Shown here piece by piece: positions 1 to 9,131 of a stretch of 32,000 bases of DNA. Under the pieces are notes generated by a model. The model ran no database searches, was not told the origin of the DNA, and worked only from the letters and a program-made list of their open reading frames with translations. The stretch is taken from assembly GCA_900234795.1 (NCBI GenBank), contig LT962688.1, forward strand, positions 4,440,001-4,472,000. The letters run 5' to 3'. Position numbers and translations under genes: made by a program. The DNA comes from Methylorubrum extorquens (GTDB taxonomy: Bacteria > Pseudomonadota > Alphaproteobacteria > Rhizobiales > Beijerinckiaceae). The first letter of the stretch is position 1. Every line of letters starts with the position of its first letter.

Positions 1-715
1 GCCGAACTCTACCATGCCAAGGCGGAGGGCGAGGCCGCCGCCGAGGCGCTGGCCTGGATGTTTTCGGAAGAGGCCGAGACGAGGCCCAAACGCGGCGTGG
101 TTCGGGCAGCGCCGGGCGCCCGCGGCCTCGTCCTGCCCCATGCCGGGTCCGTCGCCGATTTCGATCTGCCGGAGACGGGGCTCGTCGCCGTGACCGGGCC
201 GAGCGGGGCCGGCAAAATCGACCCTGCTGCGGGTGCTCGCGAGTGTCGAAGCGCCGCTCGCCGGGGCCTTTCGCCTGCCCGCGCCGGGCCTTCCGGCGAC
301 CTGGGTCTCCCTCGACACGCCGATCCCGGCCGGCACGCTGGCCGCCGCGATCGCGGACGGCACGACCGCGGCGCCCGAAGCCGTGGCGGCGGCGGCCGCG
401 TCGCTCGGCCTGAGCGACGATCCGCACTGGCCGGGCGGCCTCGACGCCGCGGTTCTGGCGGGGGCGGAAAACCTCTCCGGCGGCCAGCGGGTCCGGGTCG
501 CGGTCGCGCGCCTGCTGCTGCGGCCGGGCACCGCCTTCTGTGACGAGCCGACCGCCAAGCTCGATCCCGCCAACGCCGCGCGGGTGCGCCAAGCTCTGGC
601 CTGCGCCGCCCGCACCCGCCTCGTCATCGTGGCGACCCACGATCCCGCGCTAGCGGCGCTCGCCGACCGGCGCATCGCCCTGAGGCCCACCCTTTCCGGG
701 AGGCAGGCCGCGTGA
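1..715 (+). pseudogene. cydD: CydD-type ABC exporter (thiol-reductant/cysteine-glutathione exporter family), C-terminal nucleotide-binding domain; 5' partial and frameshifted as sequenced
   Basis: Frame 1 is open from nt 1 and reads ...GLVAVTGPSGAGK (Walker A), then loses sense. Frame 2 continues STLLRVLA...LSGGQRVRVAVARLLL (ABC signature), FCDEPTAKLD (Walker B), VATHD (H-loop), with stop at 713-715. The join needs one A removed from AAAA 214-217. Confidence 0.7.
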
Positions 716-2342
716 TGCGCACCCGCTCCGATACGACGCCCGCCGGTTCCGGCCGCGCCGAAACGTCCCGAGCTTGGACCCTCGCCTTCGCCCTCGCGGC
801 TTTGGCGCTGGCGGCGAATCTCGCGCTCGCCGGCACCGCCGTGAGCTTCCTGGCGGCGGTGGCCCTGGCAGGGGGCCGGGCCGGCGGCCTTCGCCTTCAA
901 CTTCCACCATCCCGCCGCCCTGGTGCGCTTGTTCGCACTGCTGCGCACGGGCGCGCGCTACGGTGAGCGCATGGCGGGCCACCGCGCGGCGCTGAGCGAT
1001 CAGATCCGCCGCCGCGCCGGCCTGTTCGCGGCCCTGGCGCGGGCGCCGGAGAGCCGCGGCGCCGGCTGGCAGCTCGGACGCCCGGAGCGGCTCGCCGACT
1101 TCATCGACGACGTGGCCGACATCGACTACGCCCGGCTGCGCGTCGGCTTTCCCCTCGCCATGACGGGCGCGGCGCTTGCCGGCCTCGTGCTCGCCACGGC
1201 CCTCGTGGCACCGCTCGCGCTCCTTCCCGCCGCAGTGCTCGCGCTGGCCGGCGGCCTCGTCGCCCGACACGCGCTGACGCGGCTCGCGGCGATCGAGGCG
1301 TGGGTTCGCCGCGCACGGCGCAATGCCGCGGCCGATCTCGGAGCGGCTTTGGCGGGCGCGGTGCCCCTCGACGCCGAGGGGCGGCGCGGCCCGGCCCTGC
1401 GGATCGCCCTCGATCCCCTGCGCGATGCCGAACGCGAGGCCGCCTGCGGAAAGCGGGCGCTCGCCCGGCTCGAGGCGGTGCTGGCGCTGGCCGGTCCCGC
1501 CCTCGCCCTGGCCGTGCTGCTCGCAGCCTGGAGCGCCGGCGCCCGCGGCACCGGGCTCCTGCCCGCCGCCTTCCTGGCCTTCACCTGGCTCGCCCTCGCG
1601 GAGCCGATCCTGTCCCCTGCCACGGGCGCTGCTCGGCTCCGTCCGCGCCCGTCTCGCCCGCCAATCCCTCGCCGTGGAGGAGGGCGCCGCCGCGGAACCG
1701 GACCCCCGGCCCGGTCCGGCCCTCGGTGCCCTGACCCTGCACGGTTTGCACCTGCGGACGCCGGACGGGCGCGAGTTCGGCCCGGCGCCGGAGCTGGCCG
1801 TCGTGCCCGGCACGCCGCTGACCCTCGTCGGCGCCAGCGGCTGCGGCAAGACCACCCTGCTAAAGGCGCTCGCCGGCTGGAGCGCGGAGCGCCCCGGCGA
1901 GACGATCCGGCTCGGCGGGACTGTGCGGCCGGCGGTGGAGCGGCGGGCGCTGACGCATCTGAGCCTGCACGATGCGGCGATCCTGTCCGACACCGTCCGC
2001 GAAAACCTGTTCGCGCCCGGCGCCTCCGACGCGGCGTTGTGGGCCGCGCTGGAAGCCGTCGAACTCGACGCGCGCATTCGCGCAGCCGGCGGCCTCGATG
2101 CCTGGATCGCCGAGGGCGGCCTTTCGCTGGGCGAAGCGCAACGCCTCAACCTCGCCCGCGCCAGCTTGAGCCCGGCCCCCGTCATCCTCCTCGATGAGCC
2201 GGCCGAGCATCTCGGCGATGATCAGGCCGCGCGCATCCTCGGGCGCCTGCTCGCGCACTGGCATGACCGCATCGTCGTGCTGACGAGCCACCGCCCGGAT
2301 CTCAGGCTGCCCGGGCGCCGGGTCTCGCTCGGGCTGGATTGA
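712..2342 (+). pseudogene. cydC: CydC-type ABC exporter (fused permease + ATPase), two frameshifts as sequenced
   Basis: GTG 712/ATG 715 overlaps the cydD stop (GTGATG), with GGGAGG at 697-702. The coding signal moves from frame 1 (712-~870) to frame 2 (~876-~1613, FNFHHPAALVRLFALLRTGARYGERM) to frame 0 (~1618-2342). Frame 0 carries GASGCGKTTLLKAL Walker A, LSLGEAQRLNLARA signature, ILLDEPAEHL Walker B and LTSHR. The joins are restored by removing one G from GGGGG 871-875 and one C from CCCC 1614-1617. Confidence 0.7.
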
Positions 2343-2737
2343 GGCAAGCCCGAGCCGAACGCCGGGATTCCCCCCTGACCTCCGCCGAGTCGGCGACGGT
2401 TGGGGCACGGCGAGGATCGGTGCTGGCCGGTCTGTGCGATCAGGCGCCGTCGCGGCAGCCATGCGCCCCCTCTCTCGAAGCTGTCGCCATCGCGAGAATC
2501 GGCCTGGATCCCTTCACGGCATCCGTTCCGATCAAGAATTCTGAGAAGATCAAAATAAAGATGCGGCCGCGGAAGAAATCACTCAGTGGGAAGACACTGC
2601 CCGCGCCGCCGTAATGCGCCTCCTCGGTCGTCCTTCATTATCCGCTCGCTTCGCCCCTGCCCGGTTTCGACTTCACAGGTCGTGCGGAGGCAGGCTATTG
2701 AGTCAGCTGGGGCGGGGTGCGGGACGGGAGGCTTGCG

Positions 2738-3490
2738 ATGCAAAGCTCTGGCAACAGCGCCGGTGTCGAGCCGATCCCAGTCGAGCCGGCTTGCGCGCAC
2801 GACCGCTCGGAGAGGGGCTGCGCCGCGTGCAAGGTCCGCCTCGTCAGCGTCTGCGCGGCGCTCACGAGCGAGGAACTCGCCGGCTTGGAGGCGCTGAGCC
2901 AGCCCGTCCATCTCGATCCGCGCCAAGCCCTGTTCCAGCAGGAGGACCGGGCGGGCGCCGTCTACAACGTCACCGAGGGGGCCTTGCGCCTGTCGCGGCT
3001 TCTGCCGGACGGGCGGCGGCAGGTGATGGGTTTCGCCATGGTTGGCGATTTCCTCGGCCTCGCTCTGCCCGAGCGCTTCACCGTCACGGCCGAGGCGCTG
3101 TCACCGACGACGCTCTGCCGGTTCGAGAAGCGGGCCTTCGCCGGCCTCGTCGCGCGGACGCCGCACCTGCTGCAACGTCTCTACGAGCGGGCCGGCCATG
3201 AGCTGACGCTGGCACAGGATCACATGATGCTGCTGGGCCGCCGCACCGCCGAGGAGAAGGTGGCGAGCTTCCTGCTCGGCCTGCGCACCCGCTACGCCGG
3301 CATCGGGCGCGATTCCATCACCGTCGAGCTGCCGATGGGCCGGCAGGACATGGCCGACCATCTCGGTCTCACCATCGAGACGGTGAGCCGGATGCTGACC
3401 CGGCTCGACCGGGAGAAGGCGCTACTGATCGTGCCCGGCGGCGTGCGCCTGCTGGACCTTGCCCGGCTCGAACGCATCGCGGCGAGCTGA
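2738..3490 (+). CDS. Crp/Fnr-family transcription regulator, FNR-like (N-terminal Cys cluster suggests an O2-sensing Fe-S type)
   Basis: ATG 2738 is preceded by GGGACGGGAGG. N-terminal cysteines GCAACKVRLVSVC plus a central Cys (TTLCRFEK) resemble the FNR ligand set. There is a cNMP-like beta-roll and a C-terminal HTH with the E--SR recognition motif (ETVSRMLTRL). The listed ORF starts at GTG 2717, an alternative start. Confidence 0.85.
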   Translation: MQSSGNSAGVEPIPVEPACAHDRSERGCAACKVRLVSVCAALTSEELAGLEALSQPVHLDPRQALFQQEDRAGAVYNVTEGALRLSRLLPDGRRQVMGFAMVGDFLGLALPERFTVTAEALSPTTLCRFEKRAFAGLVARTPHLLQRLYERAGHELTLAQDHMMLLGRRTAEEKVASFLLGLRTRYAGIGRDSITVELPMGRQDMADHLGLTIETVSRMLTRLDREKALLIVPGGVRLLDLARLERIAAS

Positions 3491-3510
3491 GACGGGCACC
3501 CCTGATCAAG

Positions 3511-3557
3511 GCCGAAGCCGAACGCGGCGATCCCGAGGGGATCGGCCGGACTTCGGC
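3511..3557. terminator. Imperfect long hairpin between convergent genes (possible bidirectional terminator)
   Basis: Outer arms GCCGAAG (3511-3517) and CTTCGGC (3551-3557). Inner arms GATCCC (3529-3534), GAG loop, GGGATC (3538-3543). It lies between the FNR-like stop (3490) and the cytochrome c stop (3566). No T-tract follows. Confidence 0.35.
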
Positions 3558-3565
3558 TGGGTGCC

Positions 3566-3892
3566 TCACCGTTCGAGGGTCTGAAGGTAGGCGATCAGGG
3601 CCTGCGCCTGGTCGGGATCGAGCCGGAATTCCGGCATCGTCGGGTGCCCCGTGGTGATGCCCTCGGCCAACGCCTCGGCCAGATCCGTCACCGGGTAGCG
3701 GCGGTGCAGCTCGCGGAACGGCGGCGCGTCCGCCAGGGGGCTCGCGCCGACGCGGCCGATCGCGTGGCAGCGGGCGCAGTTCGTGCGCGCGATGGTCTCG
3801 CCGCGCTGGGCGCTGGGATCGAGCGCTTGGGCGGCGGCCGGCCAGGCGATCAGCAGGGCGGCCAGGATCGGGAGGGTGGTCGCGATACGCAT
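3566..3892 (-). CDS. Small periplasmic class I c-type cytochrome
   Basis: 108 aa. Signal peptide MRIATTLPILAALLIAWPAAAQA, a single CARCH haem-binding motif, and a candidate distal Met in GHPTMPEF. The ATG overlaps the upstream USP stop (TGATG at 3890-3894). Confidence 0.85.
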   Translation of the reverse strand: MRIATTLPILAALLIAWPAAAQALDPSAQRGETIARTNCARCHAIGRVGASPLADAPPFRELHRRYPVTDLAEALAEGITTGHPTMPEFRLDPDQAQALIAYLQTLER

Positions 3893-4704
3893 CAGTGACA
3901 CATCAGGCAGGGGAGGGGGCTGCGGTGCAGCATCTCGTAGGTGACGCCGCCGAACAGCCACTCGCGCAGGCGGGTATGGCCGTAGGCGCCCATCACGATG
4001 AGGTCGGCCTGCTGTTTGACGGCAAAGCGCAGGAGTTCGTCGCCGTCGCTCACGACGGTGCGCAGCAGGTGGGTCGTGACGGCGGCGCCGTGGCGGGCGA
4101 GATGGCCGGCGACATCCTCCGCGCCCTCGTTGCGGGCGCCCTCGCCGGTGCTGACGACGAAGACCTGATCTGCCTCGCGGATGAAGGGCAGCGCGGCCGA
4201 CACGGCCCGGCGCGCCTCCGAGCCGTCCTTCCAGGCCACGACGATCCGGGCGCCCCGAAGGTGCTCGATGCGCGGGGGCACCACGAGGACCGGACGGGCG
4301 GCCTCCATCAGGACGGGGCCGGGCGACACGCCGAGGGTTCCGAGCGGGATGTCGTCCGAGCCGCGGCGTCCCACCACGAGGAGGTCGGCTGCCCGCGCCT
4401 GCTCGACGAGATGGGAGATCGGGCCCGCCAGGGCCTCGCGCCAGTCGCGGCGCAGTGGGGCTTCGGTGGAGCGCTCGAATAGGGCGTGCGCCTGTGCGAG
4501 CAGGGCGCGCGCCTTCTCCTCGAAATGCGGGTCCGCGTCGTAGATCTCGCCGATATCGCGCACGTAATCCGGCGCCGGCACCTTGCAGGCGGCAGCCCCG
4601 GTGAGCGTCGCCTCGAAGCGCCGCGCGAGAGAGGCCGCAAGCCGGATGCGGTCGGCGGCGGCCTCGTCGAGGTCGACCGAGACCAGGATGTTCGCGTAAG
4701 CCAT
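3892..4704 (-). CDS. Tandem-domain universal stress protein (UspA family)
   Basis: 270 aa from ATG 4704, with GGGAGG a few nt upstream. It has two USP-like halves, and the C-terminal half carries a nucleotide-binding type GxxG-x9-G motif (GAYGHTRLREWLFGGVT). The longer listed ORF (to 4851) has an Arg/Pro-rich non-coding-like extension. Confidence 0.8.
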   Translation of the reverse strand: MAYANILVSVDLDEAAADRIRLAASLARRFEATLTGAAACKVPAPDYVRDIGEIYDADPHFEEKARALLAQAHALFERSTEAPLRRDWREALAGPISHLVEQARAADLLVVGRRGSDDIPLGTLGVSPGPVLMEAARPVLVVPPRIEHLRGARIVVAWKDGSEARRAVSAALPFIREADQVFVVSTGEGARNEGAEDVAGHLARHGAAVTTHLLRTVVSDGDELLRFAVKQQADLIVMGAYGHTRLREWLFGGVTYEMLHRSPLPCLMCH

Positions 4705-4786
4705 GCTCGCCTCCCGGGGCGTCCCCCTCCGCTCGGTGGGGCCATCCTTCGTGAGGGCATCCTTGCCGCCGGCCGGTACGGGTGCC

Positions 4787-4800
4787 TTGATCCAGCGCAA
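4787..4800. promoter_or_regulatory. Candidate FNR/FixK box TTGAT-CCAG-CGCAA
   Basis: 8 of 10 matches to TTGAT-N4-ATCAA (TTGA-N6-GCAA versus TTGA-N6-TCAA). It sits in the 167-bp divergent region between the USP-cytochrome c operon (start 4704) and the BKACE gene (start 4872). An FNR-like regulator with the E--SR helix is encoded about 1.3 kb away. Confidence 0.3.
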
Positions 4801-4871
4801 GGCGGGTCGAGGGGGCCCGCGCCGTGCCGGCCTGCGGCCGGCCGCGTCCATCTGCGAGGCTTGAGACCAGC

Positions 4872-5708
4872 ATGACCGGCCAGCCCCCCGTCGTCGTCGC
4901 GGTCGCGATCACCGGCTCGGTGCCGCGCAAACGCGACAACCCGGCCGTGCCGATCACGGTCGCCGAGCAGATCGAATCGACCCAGGCCGCCTTCGAGGCT
5001 GGCGCGGCGCTGGCCCATATCCACGTGCGCAACGACGACGAGACCCCCTCGTCCGATCCGGAGAAGTTCGCCGCCGTGCAGGAGGGCCTGCGCCGGCACT
5101 GCCCCGGCATGATCGTCCAGTTCTCGACCGGCGGGCGCGGCCGCGACCCGGCGAGCCGCGGCCTCTCGCTGCAGCACCGGCCCGACATGGCCTCGCTCTC
5201 GACCGGCTCGGTCAACTTCCCGACCATCGTCTACGAGAACCACACCACCCTGGTGACCGACCTTGCCGGCCAGATGCAGCGTTACGGCGTGCGGCCGGAG
5301 GTCGAGATTTTCGATCTCTCGCACCTGTACGGGGCCAAGCGCCTCGTCGAGGCCGGGCTGATGGATGCGCGCCCGCACGTGCAGTTCGTCATGGGCGTGC
5401 AGAACGCACTGCCAGCGCAGGAGCACCTGCTCGACCTCCTGCTCGGGGAGCTGCGCCGCCTGCTGCCGCAGGCGACCTGGACCGCCGCAGGGATCGGGCG
5501 CGAGCAGGCCCGCGTGATGGATTGGGCGCTCGCCCGCGGGGCGGATGCGGTCCGCACCGGGCTGGAGGACAACATCCGGATCACACGGGAGCGGCTGGCG
5601 GCCAGCAACGCGGAGCTGGTCGGCCTCGCCGTCGCTGCGGTGACCCGGCACGGCCGCCTCGTCGCGACCCCGGCGCAGGCCCGCTCCGCCCTCGGCCTCC
5701 CCGCCTGA
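4872..5708 (+). CDS. BKACE-family enzyme (3-keto-5-aminohexanoate cleavage enzyme-like, DUF849)
   Basis: 278 aa. TIM-barrel-like pattern VAVAITGSVP..., Zn-ligand style AHIHVRN, QFSTGGRG, and EIFD...FVMGV typical of DUF849/BKACE proteins. Confidence 0.8.
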   Translation: MTGQPPVVVAVAITGSVPRKRDNPAVPITVAEQIESTQAAFEAGAALAHIHVRNDDETPSSDPEKFAAVQEGLRRHCPGMIVQFSTGGRGRDPASRGLSLQHRPDMASLSTGSVNFPTIVYENHTTLVTDLAGQMQRYGVRPEVEIFDLSHLYGAKRLVEAGLMDARPHVQFVMGVQNALPAQEHLLDLLLGELRRLLPQATWTAAGIGREQARVMDWALARGADAVRTGLEDNIRITRERLAASNAELVGLAVAAVTRHGRLVATPAQARSALGLPA

Positions 5709-5880
5709 CAGGGGCGATCCCGAGGGTCGAAACCCCATTGGCTCGACCCGGCTCAGGGCTGCTGAGGGTGGGGGGCGGCATGGGGTCTTCCGCCTCGAAG
5801 CGAGCGTTCCGCCACCGGCCGGAAGCGGTCATGACCCCGAAACGGATTGCTTTCCCGCGGGCAGACACTCCATTGCCCCG

Positions 5881-6795
5881 ATGCGGATCAGTCGAACCGA
5901 ATTGGCCGACCTCGGGACCTTCCTCGCCATCGCGCGCCACCGCAGCTTCCGGCGGGCGGGCCTGGAGCTTGGCGTCAGCGCCTCCGCGCTCAGCCACGCG
6001 CTTAAGGCGATGGAGGCGCGCCTCGGCGTCCGCCTCATCAACCGCACCAGCCGCAGTGTGACCCTCACCGCAGCAGGGGAAGATCTGCTCGCTTTGCTGG
6101 ACGCCCCATTCGCGGCGATCGGCTCCGCGCTCGACGTGCTCGACCAGCACCGAGACCCGACGGCGGCGACCGGGCGGATCCGCCTCAACGTGCTCGAACA
6201 TGCAAGCACGTTGCTGCTCGCCCCCGTGCTGCCTCTCTTCCACGCGCGCCACCCGCAGGTCGAGATCGACGTCCGGGTGTCCAACGATCTGCTCGACGTC
6301 GTGGACGCTGGAGCCGATGCCGGCATCCGATATGGCGGAACGGTCCCTCAGGATATGGTGGCGCAGCGCCTGTCTGCCGATCTGCGCTGGGTGGTCGTTG
6401 GCGCTCCCGCCTATCTCGATCGGCAGGGGATTCCTGACCATCCACGCGACCTCGCGGCTCACCAATGCCTGCGCATCCGCTTGGGCGACGACCGTCTCTA
6501 CCGCTGGGAGTTCGAGAGAGCGGACGAGCAGATCGCGCTCGACGTTCCCGGTGCGGTGACGATCGACAACACGCAGTTTGGGCTGTCTCTTGCCTTGGCA
6601 GGAGGCGGGCTCGCCTATCTTCCCCAGCCCTGTATCGAACCCTCGGTCGCCCGCGGCGAGCTTCGCATCGTGCTGGCGGATTGGGGGCCAATCGGGCCCG
6701 GCTTCCACATCTACTATCCCGGACGTCGCCAACTGCCGACCGGATTGCGGCTTCTCACCGACCTGATCCGGGAGGTGAAGCCGCTCGGATTGTAG
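5881..6795 (+). CDS. LysR-family transcriptional regulator
   Basis: 304 aa. N-terminal winged HTH (LGTFLAIARHRSFRRAGLELGVSASALSHALKAMEARLGVRLINRTSRSV) followed by a LysR substrate-binding fold. Confidence 0.9.
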   Translation: MRISRTELADLGTFLAIARHRSFRRAGLELGVSASALSHALKAMEARLGVRLINRTSRSVTLTAAGEDLLALLDAPFAAIGSALDVLDQHRDPTAATGRIRLNVLEHASTLLLAPVLPLFHARHPQVEIDVRVSNDLLDVVDAGADAGIRYGGTVPQDMVAQRLSADLRWVVVGAPAYLDRQGIPDHPRDLAAHQCLRIRLGDDRLYRWEFERADEQIALDVPGAVTIDNTQFGLSLALAGGGLAYLPQPCIEPSVARGELRIVLADWGPIGPGFHIYYPGRRQLPTGLRLLTDLIREVKPLGL

Positions 6796-6809
6796 CGGCT
6801 GCACGTCCG

Positions 6810-6830
6810 ACGATGAACTCTGCTCATCGT
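6810..6830. promoter_or_regulatory. Perfect 7-bp inverted repeat ACGATGA-N7-TCATCGT containing a T-N11-A core (candidate LysR-type operator)
   Basis: Seen directly at 6810-6816 and 6824-6830, 15 bp after the LysR stop and 85 bp before the SDR start. TGA-N7-TCA fits the T-N11-A LTTR-box architecture. It could alternatively be a weak hairpin. Confidence 0.35.
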
Positions 6831-6914
6831 TCCATTGAGGGACAAACGCCTGATCGGCGGCTCGCCCGATGTCTACGTCAGGCTCTTCAGGAACATCAGC
6901 CGAGAGATCGAGAC

Positions 6915-7661
6915 ATGAGCCGTTTCAACGGGAAGGTCGCATTCATCACGGGTGCGGCCAGCGGCATCGGCCGCGCCGCCGCCATCGCGTTCGCAAAGGA
7001 GGGGGCACAGGTCGCGATCACGGACCGCACGGAGGAGGCTCTGGAACGCCTTCGCGCCGAGATCGAGGGGAATGGTGGCGCGGTGATCGCGATCCGGTGC
7101 GATGTGTCGTTGCCGGAGGACGTCGAGGCTGCGGTCGCCCGGACCGTCGAACGGTTCGGCCGCCTTGACTGCGCCTTCAACAACGCGGGCGTCGAGAACA
7201 AGGCTGCCCCCGTCCACGAGATCGCCCTGGACGAATGGGACCGGATCCTCGACATCAACCTGCGCGGCACGTTCGTGTGCATGAAGCACGAGATCGCGCA
7301 GATGCTGCGCCAAGGCGGTGGCGTGGTGGTCAACACCTCTTCCGGCGCGGGCATCAGAGGCGTGGCGGGAGGGGCGAGCTACGCCGCCTCGAAACACGCC
7401 CTGATCGGCCTCACCAAATCGGCCGCTCTCGACTACGCGAAGGCGAACATCCGGGTGAACGCCGTTCTGCCTGGGAACATCGAGACGCCGATGATGGAGC
7501 GCTTCACGGGCGGCGACATCCAGAAGGCGATCGACCTTGAGCCGGTCGGGCGGCTGGGCAAGCCCGAGGAGATCGCCGAGGCCGTCCTCTGGATGTGTTC
7601 GGATCTCGGTGCCTTCGTCACCGGCGCGTCGATTTCGGTCGATGGGGGCTGGTCGCTCTGA
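6915..7661 (+). CDS. Short-chain dehydrogenase/reductase (classical SDR)
   Basis: 248 aa. Contains TGAASGIGRA (TGxxxGxG), NNAG, catalytic SSGAG...YAASK (YxxxK), and PGNIETPM. Confidence 0.9.
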   Translation: MSRFNGKVAFITGAASGIGRAAAIAFAKEGAQVAITDRTEEALERLRAEIEGNGGAVIAIRCDVSLPEDVEAAVARTVERFGRLDCAFNNAGVENKAAPVHEIALDEWDRILDINLRGTFVCMKHEIAQMLRQGGGVVVNTSSGAGIRGVAGGASYAASKHALIGLTKSAALDYAKANIRVNAVLPGNIETPMMERFTGGDIQKAIDLEPVGRLGKPEEIAEAVLWMCSDLGAFVTGASISVDGGWSL

Positions 7662-7694
7662 GCGGCGTTTCCGAAGCGACAGAGGAGAGATCGA

Positions 7695-8093
7695 ATGGAG
7701 ATCAAGCGCAGCGGAAGCCAGGCCTCAGGCCCGGGGCCATCCGAGTGGTTCACCGGCACGGTTCGGATCGACCCGCTCCATAATGCGCCCGACCCCGCCC
7801 GCGTCGCGATGGCGAGCGTGACGTTCGAGCCGGGCGCGCGGACGGCGTGGCACACGCACCCGCTCGGCCAGACGTTGATCGTTACGTTCGGGCGTGGATG
7901 GGTTCAGCGCGAAGGCGGCCCGATCGACGAGATCGCGCCCGGCGACGTCGTTTGGTTCGAGCCGAACGAGAAGCACTGGCATGGGGCCACGGCGACCACT
8001 GCGATGACGCACATCGCGATCCAAGAGCGCCTGGACGGCAAGGCCGTAACCTGGATGGAGCCGGTCACCGAAGGGCAGTATGCCGGGCCGTGA
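7695..8093 (+). CDS. Cupin-domain protein
   Basis: 132 aa. Cupin motifs [13 protein letters not shown] and [16 protein letters not shown]. It lies 34 bp downstream of the SDR and is probably co-transcribed with it. Confidence 0.8.
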   Translation: MEIKRSGSQASGPGPSEWFTGTVRIDPLHNAPDPARVAMASVTFEPGARTAWHTHPLGQTLIVTFGRGWVQREGGPIDEIAPGDVVWFEPNEKHWHGATATTAMTHIAIQERLDGKAVTWMEPVTEGQYAGP

Positions 8094-8580
8094 CTTTCGA
8101 CCCGCAAGTCCGCTTTCGGCGAGACGACGCCGAGAGCGGCTCCTCGTCCGGTTACGCAGAGTGCGTTTCGATCCGCGTCCGACCTCCCGCGAGGCCGGAC
8201 ACGCCCGCCGCGGCGTCGAAGGGGCGGAAGCGCCTGCTCCGGCAGTCTCGCCCCGAACCGCTCGCGGAAGCCGACATCGCAGCGGCGCTGCGCCAGCGGG
8301 CAGGGCCGCGGCGTCAGAGCGGCGTCGAAATCCGGATCGTAGAGATTGCCGATCCGGGCCGGAACGACGTGGCAGCGGCGGACCTCGCCGTCGCCCGGTC
8401 GGCGCGCAGGTCGAGGTCGAAGCAGCCGTCTCCGGCGAACCGCACGGCGGGATCGACGACGCGGTGGCTCTGGCCGGTCAACTCGCTATGCGCGAGCACG
8501 GTATGCGGCAGCGGCCGGCCGGCAGCCTCCAGCAGAACGGTCGAAATCGCGCGCATGAAGATATTGCCCCGGCGCCACAT
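8094..8580 (-). pseudogene. Possible degraded gene of unidentified family (coding signal hops between minus-strand frames)
   Basis: The minus-strand ORF 8314-8580 (MWRRGNIFMRAISTVLLEAAGRPLPHTVLAHSELTGQSHRVVDPAVRFAGDGCFDLDL...) has strongly G/C-biased third positions. The signal then continues in another frame (GDGEVRRCHVVPARIGNLYDPDFDAAL...). I recognise no family. Confidence 0.25.
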
Positions 8581-9131
8581 GCCCGACTCTGCCCCTTTCC
8601 TAAGAGAAAGGGCTGACTTAAGGGCCGCTCAGCGCTCTTTATCCGGCTTATGATCGTGGTGCGCGCCTGGAAGAGGCCATGCCTCGACGGAGCTGCGTCA
8701 TGGCAATACTCTGCCGGTGCGAGGCTAGCCTGGCGATCGACTGACGGTCAACCGGTAACGGGCGGCCACGGCGCCTCTTTCGAGCCTGATCCGCCCGCCG
8801 GCCGGCGTGAGATCCCACGGGATCGAGGCTCCTCCGCTGGCAGGACAACATTCGGTTGACCTATGGGCTCAGCAGGGTAGAAATCCTAGCGATCCGGGCC
8901 TCTCCTGTCTTGCGCACAACTTTAATAGCCTGGAACTGACGACATCTGCGGAGTCGTCATCGCTGTCGTCGGCCGGCATTCCTCGCATGTCCGGCTCATC
9001 CGCCTGCGAGCCTTGCGCCTGCGGGCCTTGCCGTTGCCCGCCCGCGCTTCAGGAGGCCGAGCATCCCCGAAGCAACGACTTCGCCCGCGCGCTCGCGTCC
9101 GCGTGCCCTGGCGCGCCTCGTCGCAGCCACC

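Noticed and set aside
650-2185. Long antisense ORF (511 aa) opposite cydC. Similar long ORFs are 8922-11255(-) 777 aa, 15569-17110(-) 513 aa, 17448-19376(+) 642 aa, 20943-22277(-) 444 aa, 23311-25920(-) 869 aa and 25295-27097(-) 600 aa.
   Set aside because: All are extremely Arg/Pro/Gly/Ala-rich with no recognisable motifs. Each lies opposite a gene with clear family signatures. These are the classic shadow ORFs of stop-codon-poor, high-GC DNA.
2530-2554. Two GATCAA half-sites in a low-GC patch upstream of the FNR-like gene, considered as an FNR autoregulation box
   Set aside because: They are direct repeats 18 bp apart, not inverted. Neither has a TTGAT partner at the N4 spacing, so it is not a canonical TTGAT-N4-ATCAA site.
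2561-2614. 17-codon mini-ORF MRPRKKSLSGKTLPAPP in the cydC/FNR intergenic region
   Set aside because: It has no Shine-Dalgarno sequence and no recognisable peptide family. It could be a chance ORF.
3526-3539. 14-nt exact repeat GGCGATCCCGAGGG, also at 5713-5726, both just downstream of plus-strand stop codons (possible REP-like element)
   Set aside because: There are only two copies. A 14-mer match somewhere within 32 kb of strongly GC-biased sequence is roughly expected by chance. The flanking sequences are not similar.
5724-5749. Hairpin GGGTCGA-N12-TCGACCC after the BKACE gene, considered as an intrinsic terminator
   Set aside because: It has only a 7-bp stem with a 12-nt loop and no T-tract, so it is not reported as a feature.
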